A stretch of DNA of 64,000 nt from an uncultured Veillonellaceae bacterium. GTDB lineage: Bacteria; Bacillota; Negativicutes; JARBTT01. The stretch lies in NCBI GenBank assembly GCA_963805085.1, contig CAWDTA010000002.1:416001-480000 (forward strand), read 5' to 3'. Positions 39,502-49,543 of the stretch are shown piece by piece. The position numbers were made by a program, and so were the translations under genes. The notes below the pieces were generated by a model. It was not told the origin of the DNA. It saw nothing but the letters and a program-made list of their open reading frames with translations, and ran no database searches. How positions within the stretch are numbered: the stretch's first letter is position 1; every line of letters starts with the position of its first letter.

Positions 39502-39637
39502 GTACAACCTTGCTTTCATATTGACACCATAAAATTTATCATATATTATGTGTCCATGAATCAAAATCATTTGTGCCGAACAAACGCACAATCAACCAAT
39601 AGTTTACATTAAAATCTCATATGATAAAAAGCACTGA

Positions 39638-39676
39638 CGCTATTGTATCTAAAAAGATATAGTAGCGCCTTTTTTA
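39638..39676 (+). terminator. Terminator-like hairpin in the leader of the M20-yjiH-yjiG unit
   Basis: CGCTATTGTATCT-AAAA-AGATATAGTAGCG (two G-U pairs on the + strand) then CCTTTTTT; downstream of TTGACA-17-TATTAT at 39521-39549. Confidence 0.55.
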
Positions 39677-39718
39677 TTCCTATGAAAAAGCAAAATAAAT
39701 GAAAGAGAGATTACAAAA

Positions 39719-40879
39719 ATGGTCTACGATAAACAAAAAGCATTCAATTTCATCGATCTGAATAAAGCTGAAATGATCAATTTATGGGAACAGTTAGTGA
39801 ATCTAGAATGTGGCGCTCTAAATAAAGTCGGTGTTGATATCGTCGGTAAAAAAATTGAAACTATCTTAAAAGAAGTCGGCTGCAAAACACGTTTTGTCGA
39901 ATTTGAGAAATCAGGCAATATGTTAATTGCCGAATATGGTGATACCGAAAATAAACCTTGTGTTATTTTTACCGGTCACATGGATACCGTTTTTGCCGAT
40001 GGCACTGCCGCTCAGCGCCCCTTTACAATAAAAGAGGATAAAGCCTACGGCCCTGGCGTACTTGATATGAAGGGCGGCATCGTAATTCTGCTCTATGCAT
40101 TAAAAGCACTCAACGAAATCGGCTATAAAACTTTGCCAATCAAAATCGTTCTTCTTGGTGATGAAGAAAATGGCCATCTACTTTCAAATGCCGGTGATTT
40201 TATTGTGAAAGAGTCTAAAGGAGCTTTAGCGGCATTTAATTTTGAAACGGGTTTTATGGACGACGGTATCGTTGTTGCCCGAAAAGGCATGTTCCAATTT
40301 TGCCTTGAAGTATTTGGCGTAGCAGCCCACGTCGGCAATGATCCTGAAAATGGGCGTAGCGCGATCCTCGAAATCGCCCATAAAATTATTGATATCGAGA
40401 AATTAACCGATTTTGAAAAAGGCAATACCTTTAATGTCGGCGTCATTGAAGGCGGCACTGTTGCAAACGCGACTCCTGACTATGCAAAAATCACAGTTGA
40501 CCTAAGATTTCTAGATTCAGCTCACTTGCCAGATGTGATGAAACAAATTGAGAAAATCGTCAATAAAACTTATATTGATGGCACGACAACCAAATTCTCG
40601 AAAAAAGTTGAACTCAATGCGATGAAAAAAACCGATGGCTCGCTTAACTTATTTGAAGTTGTTAAAGATGTTTATGAAGAAGAAAACCTTGGCCTTCCTT
40701 ATCCTAGAACAGTTGGCGGAGCTTCCGATTCGGCTTATACCGTTTTAGCTGGTGTCCCAACAGTTTGTGCCATGGGAGTCAAAGGCGGACGCAATCATAG
40801 CAAAGATGAATTCGCCGTCGTTGAAACCTTATTTGAAAGAGCCAAGTTAACCATCGCAACTGTCCTTAAATTAAAATAA
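39719..40879 (+). CDS. M20 family metallopeptidase (glutamate carboxypeptidase-like)
   Basis: GHMDTVF, GPGVLDMKGG, DEENG, FETG, GGASD, HSKDE. Confidence 0.9.
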   Translation: MVYDKQKAFNFIDLNKAEMINLWEQLVNLECGALNKVGVDIVGKKIETILKEVGCKTRFVEFEKSGNMLIAEYGDTENKPCVIFTGHMDTVFADGTAAQRPFTIKEDKAYGPGVLDMKGGIVILLYALKALNEIGYKTLPIKIVLLGDEENGHLLSNAGDFIVKESKGALAAFNFETGFMDDGIVVARKGMFQFCLEVFGVAAHVGNDPENGRSAILEIAHKIIDIEKLTDFEKGNTFNVGVIEGGTVANATPDYAKITVDLRFLDSAHLPDVMKQIEKIVNKTYIDGTTTKFSKKVELNAMKKTDGSLNLFEVVKDVYEEENLGLPYPRTVGGASDSAYTVLAGVPTVCAMGVKGGRNHSKDEFAVVETLFERAKLTIATVLKLK

Positions 40880-40898
40880 ATAAAATCATGTATGAGGA

Positions 40899-41576
40899 GT
40901 GTTTACTATGACAGACGTCGAACACAATTTAACTTGGCGAGGTTGGTTATCCTTCGCATTTATTGCTATCTCGTTTTCTGGTGTTTTAGCAAGTGCTGGT
41001 GTTTGGAGTGCATTTGATTTCCAAACGCTCATCGGTAACTTTGGTAAAATCGGTGATTTAGGTCCCTTCTCTGGCAAAGGTGGCACAGGGGCAAGAGAAG
41101 GATTTTTATTTGGTTTAACGTTGGTTCCAACCGTTATGTTTGCTTTAGGAATGATTCGTGTTGTTGAATCTTTAGGCGCACTCTTGGCTGCTGAAAAACT
41201 AATTCGTCCGATTTTAAAACCTTTAATGGGTCTTCCTGGCGTAACCGGACTTGCCCTTGTCAGTAGTATGACAAGTTCTGATGTTGGCTCAGCCATGACG
41301 AAGCAACTCCACGATAGTGGTAAACTAACAGACGATGAACGCACTATTTTTGTATCTTATCAATATGCAGCTTCTGCAACACTTACCAATACAATCGACT
41401 GTGGTGCCCCATTATTAGGTATCGCTTTATTACCGATTGGCGCAGTTTTGGCAATTGAAATATTTGTAAAAATCTTAGGTGCTAATGTTGTAAGATTTAT
41501 TCTTGCCCGTCAAGCCGCAAAAACCCCCACAGCACAAGAAAGCGAAACAGATATTTCCATAGGAGGTGCAGCATAA
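40899..41576 (+). CDS. yjiH: YjiH-like nucleoside-recognition (Gate) membrane protein
   Basis: FDFQTLIG.FG, G.GGTGAREGFLF, LKPLMGLPG, SSDVG. Confidence 0.8.
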   Translation: MFTMTDVEHNLTWRGWLSFAFIAISFSGVLASAGVWSAFDFQTLIGNFGKIGDLGPFSGKGGTGAREGFLFGLTLVPTVMFALGMIRVVESLGALLAAEKLIRPILKPLMGLPGVTGLALVSSMTSSDVGSAMTKQLHDSGKLTDDERTIFVSYQYAASATLTNTIDCGAPLLGIALLPIGAVLAIEIFVKILGANVVRFILARQAAKTPTAQESETDISIGGAA

Positions 41577-42073
41577 TGTCAACGGAAACTTTAGCAATTA
41601 CCCCAAAAAGAACCTTAATTGAAGAATTTTGTTTTGGTGCTAAAAATGGTTTTTATCTCGGTGTAGAGAGAATTATTCCAGCAATGATTCTCGCTTATGT
41701 CTTAATTATGTGTTTAAAAATAACGGGTCTAATGACAATTGTTGGTACTGTTGTCGGTCCAGTTATGGCTATTTTCGGGCTACCTGGTGAAGCTGTTGTT
41801 TCCCTTGTTGCTGCTTTCTTTGCCAAGGCAGCTGGCGCTTCAACCGCGGCCTCCCTTTATGCCGAAGGCGTAATCAACGCTGCGCAAGTAACCATTCTGT
41901 TTCCTGCAACGATCACGATGGGAACACTCGTGGGTCACTTCGTTCGCGTCGTTGTTGCTTCTGGCGCAAATGCAAGATGGCATCCTTTACTTCTTTTTAT
42001 TCCGCTCTTCGATGCCGTTGTATCCATGCTTTTAGTCCGTGTCATATTAAACCTAATGGGCGTAGCTGCATAA
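41576..42073 (+). CDS. yjiG: YjiG-like membrane protein
   Basis: GAKNGF, IPAMILAYVLI, PVMAIFGLPGEA; coupled to yjiH. Confidence 0.78.
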   Translation: MSTETLAITPKRTLIEEFCFGAKNGFYLGVERIIPAMILAYVLIMCLKITGLMTIVGTVVGPVMAIFGLPGEAVVSLVAAFFAKAAGASTAASLYAEGVINAAQVTILFPATITMGTLVGHFVRVVVASGANARWHPLLLFIPLFDAVVSMLLVRVILNLMGVAA

Positions 42074-42147
42074 ACTTAACTTTATAAAAACCTTTCAATT
42101 TATCTATATATCTACTTAATATTCCATTCTAACTTTTAAATAGATAA

Positions 42148-42196
42148 AAAACCCTCGTATCGAAATGTAAATTAACCATTTCGATACGAGGGTTTT
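42148..42196. terminator. Bidirectional terminator
   Basis: 20-bp arms AAAACCCTCGTATCGAAATG / CATTTCGATACGAGGGTTTT. Confidence 0.85.
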
Positions 42197-42237
42197 GTGT
42201 TTTAACTCAAATATAAAAATCTTTATATGAATTGATT

Positions 42238-43527
42238 TTAAACCGCTGTTTTATCTACTTCAATATGCTTAACTTTTCCAAGTAAAAACGCATAGTTTAA
42301 AATACCAATAATCAGGAGTCCCGAAGAAAGAAGCAGTGCCATGTTAAACGAACCAGTCGCTTGCAAAATTGCCCCAGTAACAATCGGACCTACTACCCCA
42401 CCCATATTAGAAACCGAGTTTTGTAATCCAGCAACCACCGAAGTCATATTTTTCGGTGCAACGTCACCAGGAAGTGCCCACACTTGCGATGCTGCCACCG
42501 TTGTTCCCGATTTAGCAATACATAAAAGAATAACTGCCGTAATTGGGGACTCAGCAAAAGCAGCCAGACCAATACAAGATGCCATTAATAAGCCGCCAAC
42601 TAAAAACGCTTTGCGCGTTGCAGTTAAAGACAACCAACCTTTTGAATATACCTTGTCAGATGCCCACCCAGCAGCAACTTCTACAATCATAGAAATTAAC
42701 AGTGGCATCATAGCCGCGAATCCCATTGCGAGCATTCCCATTCCTTTTTCTTTAACGAGATAGGTTGGAAGCCAAGTAATAAAGAAGTAAGAAGTATAGT
42801 TAATCATAAAAAAGCCAATGCACATTGCCCAAATGTTTCTATACTTTAAGAGTTCGTACCATTTCATTGGCTGCTCATTATCAAGACCTTCTTTTTTACT
42901 CTGTCCGTCGCGAATATACTTCAGTTCAGCAGCATTCACACCCTTATGTTCTTCTGGAATATTCCGATAATACATAAACCATACAACAGACCAAACAACA
43001 CCTAAAGCACCAATAATGACAAACGTCATCTTCCAGCCAAACATGGAAATAAGCCAAACAATAAGTGGCATTGCAACTGCTCCGCCAAATTTAGAACCAC
43101 TGTCAAAAAGTCCGCCAACCGTAGCCCGCTCTTTATCCGGGAACCATTTAGACGAAATTCCGGCATTACTTGGATATGCAGCAGCTTCACCAACCCCAAG
43201 TGCTACACGAAAGCCTAAGATTGATTTAAAACCTGTGCCAAGTCCAGTCAACGCTGTAGCCACAGACCACCAAGCTACGGCAAAACCCAAAGTTATTTTC
43301 TGGCCTAGCTTATCAGCAACTATACCTGCTGGAATCTGTAGTAAAGCATAGGACCAGAAAAAGCCCGACATGATAATCCCCATCTCGCTTGGTGTGATAC
43401 TAAAATCTTTGGTCATATAAGGAGCCGAGGCAGCAAGTACAGTACGGTCAATATAATTAATGGCAATTGCTGTCCACATTAACGCAGCAACAACCCAACG
43501 TACATTTGTTTTTTTCTCATTCAACAT
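42238..43527 (-). CDS. MFS transporter, anion:cation symporter (sugar acid) family
   Basis: INYIDR, FFWSYALLQIPAG, GVGEAAAYP, WFPDKERA, TWLPTYL. Confidence 0.9.
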   Translation of the reverse strand: MLNEKKTNVRWVVAALMWTAIAINYIDRTVLAASAPYMTKDFSITPSEMGIIMSGFFWSYALLQIPAGIVADKLGQKITLGFAVAWWSVATALTGLGTGFKSILGFRVALGVGEAAAYPSNAGISSKWFPDKERATVGGLFDSGSKFGGAVAMPLIVWLISMFGWKMTFVIIGALGVVWSVVWFMYYRNIPEEHKGVNAAELKYIRDGQSKKEGLDNEQPMKWYELLKYRNIWAMCIGFFMINYTSYFFITWLPTYLVKEKGMGMLAMGFAAMMPLLISMIVEVAAGWASDKVYSKGWLSLTATRKAFLVGGLLMASCIGLAAFAESPITAVILLCIAKSGTTVAASQVWALPGDVAPKNMTSVVAGLQNSVSNMGGVVGPIVTGAILQATGSFNMALLLSSGLLIIGILNYAFLLGKVKHIEVDKTAV

Positions 43528-43735
43528 GGTAATACCTCCACTTTTTATTATGCATTAAAATAATTGGATGATAGACAAGTGCTTTTGTTGGCGAAATAAT
43601 AATTCCTTTAGTAAAATTTAGAATATTTTCACTTTTCTATTTAAATTCATAAATCAAACAATTCTAACTTTTATCTTGTTGAAATAATCGGATTACTTAG
43701 TGCAACCCGATTATTTCTATTTTTTCATTGTAGCC

Positions 43736-44896
43736 TTATAATAATTTTTTATAAATAGCCCGCATATCTTCTTTGGTAACCACTTTAGGATTGTTATCTA
43801 ATAACCGCGTTACTTTCGCCGCAGCATCAATCAAATCATCAAGAACGTCTTCATTGATTCCTTTTTCTCTTAAATCACATTTTACATTCATATCTTCAAT
43901 CATCGAATATAAATTTTCAATCATTTTTTCTGCAGCTTGTCTCGTCGTGCAATCTGTCAAATCAAGTTCCATTGCCACCGCAATGTCTTTGAATTTATCT
44001 TCACAAACGTCTAAATTAAACTTCATAACATCAGGAAGCAAAATCGCATTGGATAAACCATGTGGAATATGATATTTCCCGCCCAATGGATACGACAAGG
44101 CATGCACAGCCGTTGTACTAGATGTCGCGATAGAAATACCGCCGAAGCAGGCACCCAAAAGCATATCTTCACGTGCTTGTAGGTTTTTACCATCATTATA
44201 CGCTGTACGAATACTGCGAGAAATTAAGTTAATTGCTTTTAGTGCAAAAGTATCACTGAATGGATTTGCTTTTTTCGAAATATAACATTCTATTGCATGG
44301 CATAAAGCATCCATCCCTGTATTGGCAGTAATGTGTTTTGGCAATCCTACTGTCATTTCTGGATCTAATATTACACAATCGCAGACCATTTTTTCGCTGA
44401 CAATCCCTACTTTTAGTTCTTCTTCTGGCACTAAGACAATCGCATTTGGTGTTGCTTCTGAACCAGTTCCTGCCGTCGTCGGAACCATAAGGGTTGGTAC
44501 CCCACGACGTTTAAACTCAGCTTTTCCTTTGACTAGGTCATATAAAGTTACATCATTGGTTAATAATAATGATACTAATTTTGCAGTATCCATGGAGCTA
44601 CCGCCACCAATACCAATGATCATCTGACATTCAAAGTTTTTTGCAGCATTGAAAATAGCATTGACTTGCTCTAATGCTGGTTCTGGGGGTGTATCATTCA
44701 TAATATGAACATTAACGCCAGCATCTTCAAGGATTTTCTTTGGTTTATCAATTAAACCTGTTTGCCAAACGCCTTGATCCGTAATAACAACAACATTTTT
44801 TGCTTCAAAACTTTCTACAACATCTTTTATCTGTGCAATAGAGCCCGCACCGGCTACAATTTTTCCTATGTTTAATAACGAATATAGTTTACTCAT
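43736..44896 (-). CDS. Iron-containing alcohol dehydrogenase
   Basis: GGGSSMDTAK, PTTAGTGSEAT, DALCHAIE, VHALSYPLGG..HIPHG. Confidence 0.9.
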   Translation of the reverse strand: MSKLYSLLNIGKIVAGAGSIAQIKDVVESFEAKNVVVITDQGVWQTGLIDKPKKILEDAGVNVHIMNDTPPEPALEQVNAIFNAAKNFECQMIIGIGGGSSMDTAKLVSLLLTNDVTLYDLVKGKAEFKRRGVPTLMVPTTAGTGSEATPNAIVLVPEEELKVGIVSEKMVCDCVILDPEMTVGLPKHITANTGMDALCHAIECYISKKANPFSDTFALKAINLISRSIRTAYNDGKNLQAREDMLLGACFGGISIATSSTTAVHALSYPLGGKYHIPHGLSNAILLPDVMKFNLDVCEDKFKDIAVAMELDLTDCTTRQAAEKMIENLYSMIEDMNVKCDLREKGINEDVLDDLIDAAAKVTRLLDNNPKVVTKEDMRAIYKKLL

Positions 44897-45003
44897 GCTA
44901 CTCTCTTCTTTCTACCATTATATTCACGATATATGTTTAAACAATCATTTTACTTAATTAGAACTATCATTTTTAACTTTCATGAAAATGTACAATGCAT
45001 TTA

Positions 45004-45981
45004 TTATTTATTCCAGCGTGGATGTTCATAAGCTTTTGGATTGCAAACTTTTGGCCAACGCTCACCGTTCATTACCGCGATAACTCCTTCAGCTGCCATC
45101 GTTGCTACACCAGAAGCTGCTTCTTTGGTTTGTCCTGCCATATGTGGAGATACGATAATATTGTCATATTGGAATAACGGTTCCTCTGCAGTCACTGGCT
45201 CATTACTAAATACATCTGTTGCGGCAGTGTGTATTTGATTATTTTTCAATGCTTTTGCTAACGCAATTTCATCGATAATACCGCCACGGGAACAGTTAAT
45301 TAAAATCGCATTAGATTTCATCACACCTAGCTCAGCCGCACCAATAATATGCTTAGTTTTTGGTGTTAACGGTACATGCAAAGAAATTACATCAGCTATT
45401 TTTAAAACAGCATTCAGATCTGTTTCATGTTGATAGCCTTCTTTTTCAATCACTTCTGGTTTAACAAATGGATCATAGACAACCACTTTCATTCCAATAC
45501 TCGCTGACATTTTTGCAAGTATGCTGCCAATATTTCCATAACCGACTAGCCCTAGCGTTTTACCATATAATTCAAACGCTTTATAACTGCTTCTGATATT
45601 AAAATTGCCTTTACGAAGTTCTTTATCACTACGCACCATATCTTTCGCTGCCGCAAACATAAAAGCAAAAGCATGCTCTGCTACCGAACGGGTATTAGCT
45701 CCTGGAGCGATAACCACAGGGATTCCAAGATCCGTTGCCGCTTCTACATCAACATCATCAACCCCAACGCCAGGGCGACCAATCACTTTTAAATTTTTTG
45801 CCGCCAGCATCGTTTCCCTATCAATTGATCCAATACGAATAATAAGACCTTCTGCATCAAGCAATTCTGGTAGCATTGCCTTTGGATCACCATTATTCGT
45901 AATCGCCACTTTTACATTGGCTTTTTCTAAAACAGCCATTCCATCATCATGTAATCTATGAGAAATAACAACTTTTTTCAT
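45004..45981 (-). CDS. D-2-hydroxyacid dehydrogenase
   Basis: GVGVDDVD, GYGNIG, NCSRG, DVF..EP, SPHMAG. Confidence 0.88.
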   Translation of the reverse strand: MKKVVISHRLHDDGMAVLEKANVKVAITNNGDPKAMLPELLDAEGLIIRIGSIDRETMLAAKNLKVIGRPGVGVDDVDVEAATDLGIPVVIAPGANTRSVAEHAFAFMFAAAKDMVRSDKELRKGNFNIRSSYKAFELYGKTLGLVGYGNIGSILAKMSASIGMKVVVYDPFVKPEVIEKEGYQHETDLNAVLKIADVISLHVPLTPKTKHIIGAAELGVMKSNAILINCSRGGIIDEIALAKALKNNQIHTAATDVFSNEPVTAEEPLFQYDNIIVSPHMAGQTKEAASGVATMAAEGVIAVMNGERWPKVCNPKAYEHPRWNK

Positions 45982-46120
45982 TTAAAGCGCTCCTTATTTA
46001 AAAATCGAGAAAACCGAGAAATTCGAGCTATGAACATAGGGTGCATGTGTTTCCCTATGAATTCACCCTATGTTTTTGCTCTTCTATACAAAACTAAGGG
46101 GTAGTATTGCTCGCTATGAT

Positions 46121-46996
46121 TTATTTATATAGTTTAAAAACTTCTTGCAGCGCTGCATCGATTTCAGGTTTTGCACAGTTCGATGGTTCACGTGCTGGGC
46201 CAACTGGATAGCCAAGTAAATTCACTGCACGTTTTACAACGGAGTTTGGATTGCCCATTTGCATTACATTACGGAACGGTCTAATTTTCTTTTGTGCTTC
46301 ATTTGCTTCAGCAATTTTGCCTTCTGACCATAACTTATAAATGCTTACCATAAGTTCTGGGAATACGTTGGAACAACCGGAAATTGCCCCGCTGCCACCT
46401 GCCATTAAAGTCCAAAGAATTAAAGAATCACTGCCTGCAAGTACACTTAAACGTTCATCCGTATTTTCGATATATTTTAAGCTGTTATCAAAGTTCCCGC
46501 TGCTGTCTTTGATACCTATGATATTTTTATATTTCGCTAACTTTGCTACTGTTTTATAGTCAATGTTATTGCCTGTTCTCGCTGGGATGTTATAAAGAAG
46601 TATTGGTAAATCAACAGCTTCAGCAACCGCACTGTAATGACGATAAATATCATCTTGTGAAACGCCGACAAAATATGGGGAGATGATGGATAAAACATCT
46701 ACACCTAAATCTTTGGCAATCTTAGATAATTCAATGGTTTCTTTTGTCGTAATACAACCAGTACCTGCATATACAGGTACTCTGCCATTTACTTCCTCGA
46801 CTGCCACTTTAATAATTTCGATTTTTTCTTCTTTTGAAAACGCATAAAATTCACCATTTGTTCCTAAAGGGAAAATGCCGCTAACGCCCGCATTGATTAA
46901 GCGATTGATCTGTACACGATATTCTTTTTCATTGAATTTTTCGTCCTCAGTTAATGTAGTAAGAATTGGAGTAATAATACCTTCTGGTTTAAACAT
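46121..46996 (-). CDS. DapA/NanA-family aldolase or dehydratase
   Basis: GTNGE (not GTTGE), LYNIPARTG, GIKDSSG; catabolic context argues against a true DapA. Confidence 0.85.
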   Translation of the reverse strand: MFKPEGIITPILTTLTEDEKFNEKEYRVQINRLINAGVSGIFPLGTNGEFYAFSKEEKIEIIKVAVEEVNGRVPVYAGTGCITTKETIELSKIAKDLGVDVLSIISPYFVGVSQDDIYRHYSAVAEAVDLPILLYNIPARTGNNIDYKTVAKLAKYKNIIGIKDSSGNFDNSLKYIENTDERLSVLAGSDSLILWTLMAGGSGAISGCSNVFPELMVSIYKLWSEGKIAEANEAQKKIRPFRNVMQMGNPNSVVKRAVNLLGYPVGPAREPSNCAKPEIDAALQEVFKLYK

Positions 46997-47030
46997 AAAT
47001 AATCATCCCTTCAATTTATCATAATTTATT

Positions 47031-48041
47031 TTATTTATTTAAAAGATCAGCAAATTTTACAGTTGCCATCTGTGCACCAAGTAATAAAGATTCCGTCATA
47101 CTCCTACTGTCAGCAATACCCTGTCCAGCAACAGGGAATGCTGTCCCATGATCGACAGAAGTACGAATACAAGGTAAACCAACTGTTACATTCACGCCTG
47201 TTTCAAAGCCCAATACCTTAATTGGAATATGACCTTGGTCGTGATACATCACTACAACAATGTCAAATTCATTTTTGATAGCCGCGCGATAAAATACGCT
47301 ATCTGGTGGCACTGGACCTGTTACATCCATCCCCGCTTTTTTGGCTTCTTCCACCGCTGGCAGGATTTCAGTTTCATCTTCACTGCCAAAAAGCCCACTC
47401 TCGCCTGAATGAGGATTTAAGCCCGCAACTGCAATACGCGGTTTATCAACGCCCATCATTTTTACCGTTTCATTGGCCAAATTGATTACTTTTAAGACGC
47501 GTTCTTTTTTTACCAAGTCACAAGCTTTTCTAAGCGGCACATGTGTCGATACATGAATAACTTTTAATGCGCCACTGACAAGCATCATCGAATAATCTTT
47601 TTGCCCTGATAACGTACCCAATATTTCTGTATGACCCGGGTAGTGATTGCCACCCAGGTTTAGCGCTTCTTTGTTGAGCGGGGCAGTTACAATTGCATGA
47701 ATTTCATGCTTAAGTGCATATTTAACTGCCATTTCAATGTATTCATAAGCAGCTTTTCCCGCTCTCGCATCTACCTGCGCAAAAGGTAAATCTGCTGGTA
47801 AATTATCTAAATCAAGGATGTCAATTGTTCCATATGCATTGCCGCCAAAACTTGGATGATCAATTACATTACATTTTAACTCTGCACCAACAATTTTTAC
47901 TGCACGTTCCATTATTTTTTTATCGCCAAACACCACTGGCCTGCCGATTTCATAAATCGCACGATCAGCCAATGCTTTTACGATAATTTCAGGACCAACA
48001 CCTGCAGCATCGCCCATCGTAATTCCCAAAATTGGTTTCAT
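47031..48041 (-). CDS. pdxA2: PdxA2-type 4-phospho-tetronate dehydrogenase
   Basis: GDAAGVGPEI, TAPLNKE, GHTE, STH, LNPHSGE, MYHDQG, RTSVDHGTAF; adjacent to a DUF1537 kinase. Confidence 0.85.
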   Translation of the reverse strand: MKPILGITMGDAAGVGPEIIVKALADRAIYEIGRPVVFGDKKIMERAVKIVGAELKCNVIDHPSFGGNAYGTIDILDLDNLPADLPFAQVDARAGKAAYEYIEMAVKYALKHEIHAIVTAPLNKEALNLGGNHYPGHTEILGTLSGQKDYSMMLVSGALKVIHVSTHVPLRKACDLVKKERVLKVINLANETVKMMGVDKPRIAVAGLNPHSGESGLFGSEDETEILPAVEEAKKAGMDVTGPVPPDSVFYRAAIKNEFDIVVVMYHDQGHIPIKVLGFETGVNVTVGLPCIRTSVDHGTAFPVAGQGIADSRSMTESLLLGAQMATVKFADLLNK

Positions 48042-48055
48042 CTCTTTTTCCTCCT

Positions 48056-49381
48056 TTAATGTTTCTCTTGTATGTTATCCTCTATTTTAAATGAATTTAC
48101 TTGACGAATCGCTTTGATTGCCTGGACAAAACTTTGCTTAGTTCCGAAAGCTCCAGCTTTCGTTACAACCTGTAGTCCATCACAAACGCCACCTACTAAT
48201 TTCCCTAGCGGAATTCCAATTGCAACTTCAGCAATCACTTCTATTGCCTCCGCTTTCAGTGATCTACAAACATGAATTGCAGTATCTCCACCAGTCAGTA
48301 CCATTCCCGCTATTTTAAAAACTACCAACGACTCGGTAATTTTCCCTAGAGAAACTGCAATAACCTCGCTGACTTTTTCACTACTCATGCCATGCTTCTT
48401 ACCCGTTTCTAAGGCAACATTTACATCCTCATCATCAAGTGCACTGGCAATCAATATATCTTTATTTTCGTGTAACAATGCTTTTGCTGCTTTTATACAC
48501 CGCTCAATTTCGTCTTCCTTCTGGTTCACCAAATGAACTACATCCATTTTTATCAACGACATATTTGGCAGTTTTAACGCTTCCCCTACTTGAGCTTGGG
48601 TAGTTTTACTGACGCTGCCAGCAATAACAAGAACCGAACCTTTTGTGTCTAATATTTGCCGCTGTTCTTTTTTTTGCCACTGATAAATTGCTGGTAAACA
48701 ATCCGCTAAAGCTGCTGATCCTACGAATAAGACTTCTTGGTAGCATTTTGTTGCTTCAACGATAGCGGTTAAATGTCCATTCTCGATACTATCAAATACA
48801 ATCCATTTTTCGCCATTTGCTACACATGCTTTGATTGCTTCTTTGATTGCGTCTACCCCTTTTACAATCGTCGGCAAGGTAATCAGCCCAATTTCTCTAT
48901 TCGGTGTTTGTTTTTTCAACAACTCAATAATGCGCGATTCTTTAACTGGACTTTTAGGCGCATAGGCGATTTCTGTTAATTCAATTGGTATTCCATCCAA
49001 TAGGTGAAAACCGCCAACCGTTGTTCGCTTATTGCTAGGAAAAGCTGGAGCAATCACAGTAACTTCCGGCTGAAACACGTTCGTAATTGCTTCAATTTCA
49101 GCCCCTAAATTTCCCCGTAATGTAGAATCTACTTTTTTATAAACATGCGCAACGCCACTGTCTTGTAAAGCTTCGCATAGTTTTTTTACTTTATCATAAG
49201 CAAGTTTTGCATCAATATCTCGGCTATCTGTATCAAAAACAACCACTTCTGATGTTTCACGCAATAAATTCTTTTGATCAAAATTAATTCTCACACAGCT
49301 GCTAATATTATTTTTAGCAAATTGAACTGCCGTATCATTTGCGCCTGTAAGATCATCTGCAATGACCGCTAACTTTATCAT
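48056..49381 (-). CDS. Four-carbon acid-sugar kinase (DUF1537, DtnK/DenK-like)
   Basis: IADDLTGAND, KKVDSTLRGN, PAFP, LTGGDTA, TKAGAFG. Confidence 0.9.
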   Translation of the reverse strand: MIKLAVIADDLTGANDTAVQFAKNNISSCVRINFDQKNLLRETSEVVVFDTDSRDIDAKLAYDKVKKLCEALQDSGVAHVYKKVDSTLRGNLGAEIEAITNVFQPEVTVIAPAFPSNKRTTVGGFHLLDGIPIELTEIAYAPKSPVKESRIIELLKKQTPNREIGLITLPTIVKGVDAIKEAIKACVANGEKWIVFDSIENGHLTAIVEATKCYQEVLFVGSAALADCLPAIYQWQKKEQRQILDTKGSVLVIAGSVSKTTQAQVGEALKLPNMSLIKMDVVHLVNQKEDEIERCIKAAKALLHENKDILIASALDDEDVNVALETGKKHGMSSEKVSEVIAVSLGKITESLVVFKIAGMVLTGGDTAIHVCRSLKAEAIEVIAEVAIGIPLGKLVGGVCDGLQVVTKAGAFGTKQSFVQAIKAIRQVNSFKIEDNIQEKH

Positions 49382-49423
49382 CGATGTGTCACCTTCTCTC
49401 CTTGGTCATTTGCCTAATTATAA

Positions 49424-49440
49424 TGCAAGCAGCATGCCAA
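49424..49440 (-). promoter_or_regulatory. Sigma54 promoter of the acid-sugar operon
   Basis: TTGGCATGCTGCTTGCA, GG-N10-GC. Confidence 0.88.
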
Positions 49441-49486
49441 CTTGTTTTTGTGCAAATATACTGAATCTTTTATTTTTTCAAATAAA

Positions 49487-49537
49487 AATACGTTGCATAG
49501 TGCAACGTATTCAGTGTTATTTGCATCAAATAATACA
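49487..49537. promoter_or_regulatory. Putative activator binding sites (UAS)
   Basis: AATACGTTGCA-TAG-TGCAACGTATT palindrome and a weaker TTATTTG..CAAATAA dyad upstream of the sigma54 promoter. Confidence 0.55.
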
Positions 49538-49543
49538 ATTTGA

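Noticed and set aside
39400-39591. 63-aa ORF with repeated TVYFR
   Set aside because: The repeat is just the translation of the duplicated 17-bp operator
46121-46996. Lysine-biosynthetic dapA
   Set aside because: GTNGE motif and position inside a sugar-acid catabolic operon point to a paralog
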